Below, one piece after another: positions 62,494-64,000 of a stretch of DNA of 64,000 bases. Both the position numbers and the translations under genes were made by a program. Every line of letters starts with the position of its first letter. Position 1 is the first letter of the stretch. The notes beneath the pieces were generated by a model. That model searched no databases and had not been told where the DNA came from. It saw nothing but the letters and a program-made list of their open reading frames with translations. This stretch comes from Candidatus Dormiibacterota bacterium (GTDB taxonomy: Bacteria > Chloroflexota > Dormibacteria > Aeolococcales > Aeolococcaceae), in the NCBI GenBank assembly GCA_963800175.1, contig CAWCZS010000002.1, forward strand, positions 1,217,695-1,281,694, in the 5' to 3' direction.

Positions 62494-63044
62494 GAAACCG
62501 CGCGCTGCGCCACCGCTCGCCGCCGGCGCAGGTCGCGCACCAGCGAGGCCATCTCGATGGCCGCGTCCGCAGCCTCGGATCCCTTGTTGCCGAGCCTGCC
62601 GCCGGCACGATCGGTCGCCTGCTCGACGGTGTCCACGGTCAGCACGCCGAAGGTGGCGGGGACGCCGGTCATCGCGTGCACCGATGCGATCCCATCGGCA
62701 GCCCCACCGGCCACGTAATCGAAGTGCGGAGTGTCACCCCGGATCACCGCGCCGAGACAGACGATCGCATCGACGTCGCCGAGCTGCGCGAGCTCTCGCG
62801 CAGCGATCGGAATCTCGAACGCACCAGGAACCCACACAACCTCGATGCCGCCATCCGCGACCCCGCGCTCGCGCAGCGTCGCGACCGCACCGTCGAGCAG
62901 ACGGGTCGAGATGATGTCGTTGAAGCGCGACACCACGATGCCCACCCGCATCCCTGTCGCGTCGAGACTGCCCGTGTGCACGCGCGCGCCTTCGATGGGT
63001 GCTGCGGCGGAGCCGGATTCCGCGTTATAGCGTATCGACGGCAT
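62490..63044 (-). CDS. ribH: 6,7-dimethyl-8-ribityllumazine synthase
   Basis: GMRVGIVVSRFNDIISTRLLDGA, VWVPGAFEIP, LGAVIRGDTPHFDYV, NKGSEAA. Start is ATG at 63044 or GTG at 62981. Confidence 0.9.
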   Translation of the reverse strand: MPSIRYNAESGSAAAPIEGARVHTGSLDATGMRVGIVVSRFNDIISTRLLDGAVATLRERGVADGGIEVVWVPGAFEIPIAARELAQLGDVDAIVCLGAVIRGDTPHFDYVAGGAADGIASVHAMTGVPATFGVLTVDTVEQATDRAGGRLGNKGSEAADAAIEMASLVRDLRRRRAVAQRAVS

Positions 63045-64000
63045 CGTCGAAATCCAGGCTGTGGCCAAGCTTTTCCTGCTTGACGCGAAGGTATCGCTCG
63101 TTGTGCGCGTTGGCCGGAATCACGAGTGGAATCTGGTCGGTGACCTCGAGCCCATAACCACTCAGCCCGTAATATTTTCTCGGGTTGTTGGTGAGCACGA
63201 CCATGCGCTTGACGCCGATGTCGGAGAGGATCTGGGTGCCGATGCCATAGTCGCGCTTGTCGACCGGCAACCCGAGACTCAGGTTCGCTTCGACGGTGTC
63301 GAGGCCACGGTCCTGGAGTGCGTAGGCACGCAGCTTGTCCATGAGCCCGATGCCACGTCCTTCCTGGCGCAGATAGACGAGCACACCGCGGCCGGCATCG
63401 GCGATCATCGCCATCGCCTTGTGCAGCTGCGCCTGGCAGTCGCAGCGCTGCGAGCCGAAGACGTCGCCGGTGAGGCACTCGCTGTGCACACGGACGAGGA
63501 CGGGATCGTCGCCGCGGACGTCGCCCCACACCAGTGCGACATGCGTGACGTGGGTGATCACGTCCTCATACGCGTGCGCCAGCACCGTGCCGTACTCGGT
63601 CGGCAGCGTTGTCGTTGCGCCCCGTTCCACCAAGCGCTCGTTGCGGCGGCGGTAGGCGATGATGTCGTCGACGGTCACGATGTTGATCGAGTGCTCGGCG
63701 GCAAACGTGTCGAGATCCGGGCGACGGGCCATACGGCCATCGGCGCGCATCACTTCGCAGATAACGCCCGCGGGAAACCGCCCGGCGAGCTTGCACAGGT
63801 CGACGATTGCTTCGGTCTGACCCGCGCGTTCGAGCACGCCGCCCACGGCCGCTCGGAGCGGAAACGTGTGGCCGGGCTTGGCGAAGTCGCTCGGCTTGGC
63901 GTGCTCGTCGCAGAGCAGGCGGATCGTGGTGGCGCGGTCGAATGCGCTGATGCCCGTGGTGACGCCGTGTCCGATCGCCTCCACGGTGACCGTGAACGCG
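63025..64000 (-). CDS. ribBA: bifunctional 3,4-dihydroxy-2-butanone-4-phosphate synthase / GTP cyclohydrolase II (5' end beyond the window)
   Basis: DHBP part TVEAIGHGVTTGISAFDRA, PGHTFPL, RAGQTEA. Cyclohydrolase part VRVHSECLTGDVFGSQRCDC, VYLRQEGRGIGL. The frame is open to position 64000. Confidence 0.9.
   Translation of the reverse strand, partial: AFTVTVEAIGHGVTTGISAFDRATTIRLLCDEHAKPSDFAKPGHTFPLRAAVGGVLERAGQTEAIVDLCKLAGRFPAGVICEVMRADGRMARRPDLDTFAAEHSINIVTVDDIIAYRRRNERLVERGATTTLPTEYGTVLAHAYEDVITHVTHVALVWGDVRGDDPVLVRVHSECLTGDVFGSQRCDCQAQLHKAMAMIADAGRGVLVYLRQEGRGIGLMDKLRAYALQDRGLDTVEANLSLGLPVDKRDYGIGTQILSDIGVKRMVVLTNNPRKYYGLSGYGLEVTDQIPLVIPANAHNERYLRVKQEKLGHSLDFDDAVDTL

Noticed and set aside
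1-64000. tRNA, rRNA, tmRNA or SRP RNA genes and mobile elements
   Set aside because: No intergenic region is longer than about 210 nt. I found no T-loop (GGTTCGAATCC-like) plus acceptor-stem pairing outside coding sequence, and no transposase, integrase or phage-like ORFs in any frame.

Overview
This is a very GC-rich bacterial chromosome segment (third codon positions are almost always G/C), and it is overwhelmingly core housekeeping. I call about 60 genes, all but seven on the minus strand. They sit in long, tightly packed and often translationally coupled blocks whose order resembles Firmicutes/Terrabacteria:
- ribBA-ribH-(BtuF-like)
- asp23-yloV-degV-recG-rsmD-coaD-(coiled-coil)-rpmF-fabD-fabG-acpP-rnc-smc-ftsY
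- tetR-MFS
- ylxM-ffh-rpsP-KH-rimM-trmD-rplS-yraN
- arsR-SRPBCC
- comM-dprA-topA-hslV-hslU
- rpsB-tsf-pyrH-frr-uppS-cdsA-dxr-rseP-ispG-proS
- rel, then hisS-aspS
- plus-strand exceptions: sat-cysC-lysR, a threonine-aldolase-like gene, rpmB, a giant surface-protein gene, and a small membrane gene

I saw no rRNA, tRNA, CRISPR array, transposase, integrase or phage gene.

The dominant technical feature is about 50 reading-frame breaks. Many fall in essential genes (hisS, ffh, topA, rpsB, rpsP, smc, hslU, recG). They are clustered, and almost all go in the direction expected from one extra base in the record. I read them as consensus errors rather than pseudogenes, so I annotate full-length genes across them.

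I found no convincing new multi-gene system such as a defence island or mobile element. The most unusual content is two accessory surface-protein loci:
- 55981-61593: a roughly 1870-codon secreted protein with about 16 IPT/TIG-type Ig-like domains. Eight of them form a near-identical 249-bp tandem array. Three copies of an unnamed ~140-aa C-terminal module follow.
- 26437-30301: a membrane-anchored HEXXH gluzincin fused to a von Willebrand type-D domain with a GDPH motif, translationally coupled to a lipoprotein.

Smaller points:
- a decayed lower-GC islet between rel and hisS
- leaderless-type promoters with perfect TTGACA boxes and palindromic operators at arsR and tetR
- low-complexity tails on S2, S16, L19 and RNase III
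- a signal-peptide-less BtuF/TroA-like protein coupled to ribH

All family names come from motif recognition by eye. No database search was possible.
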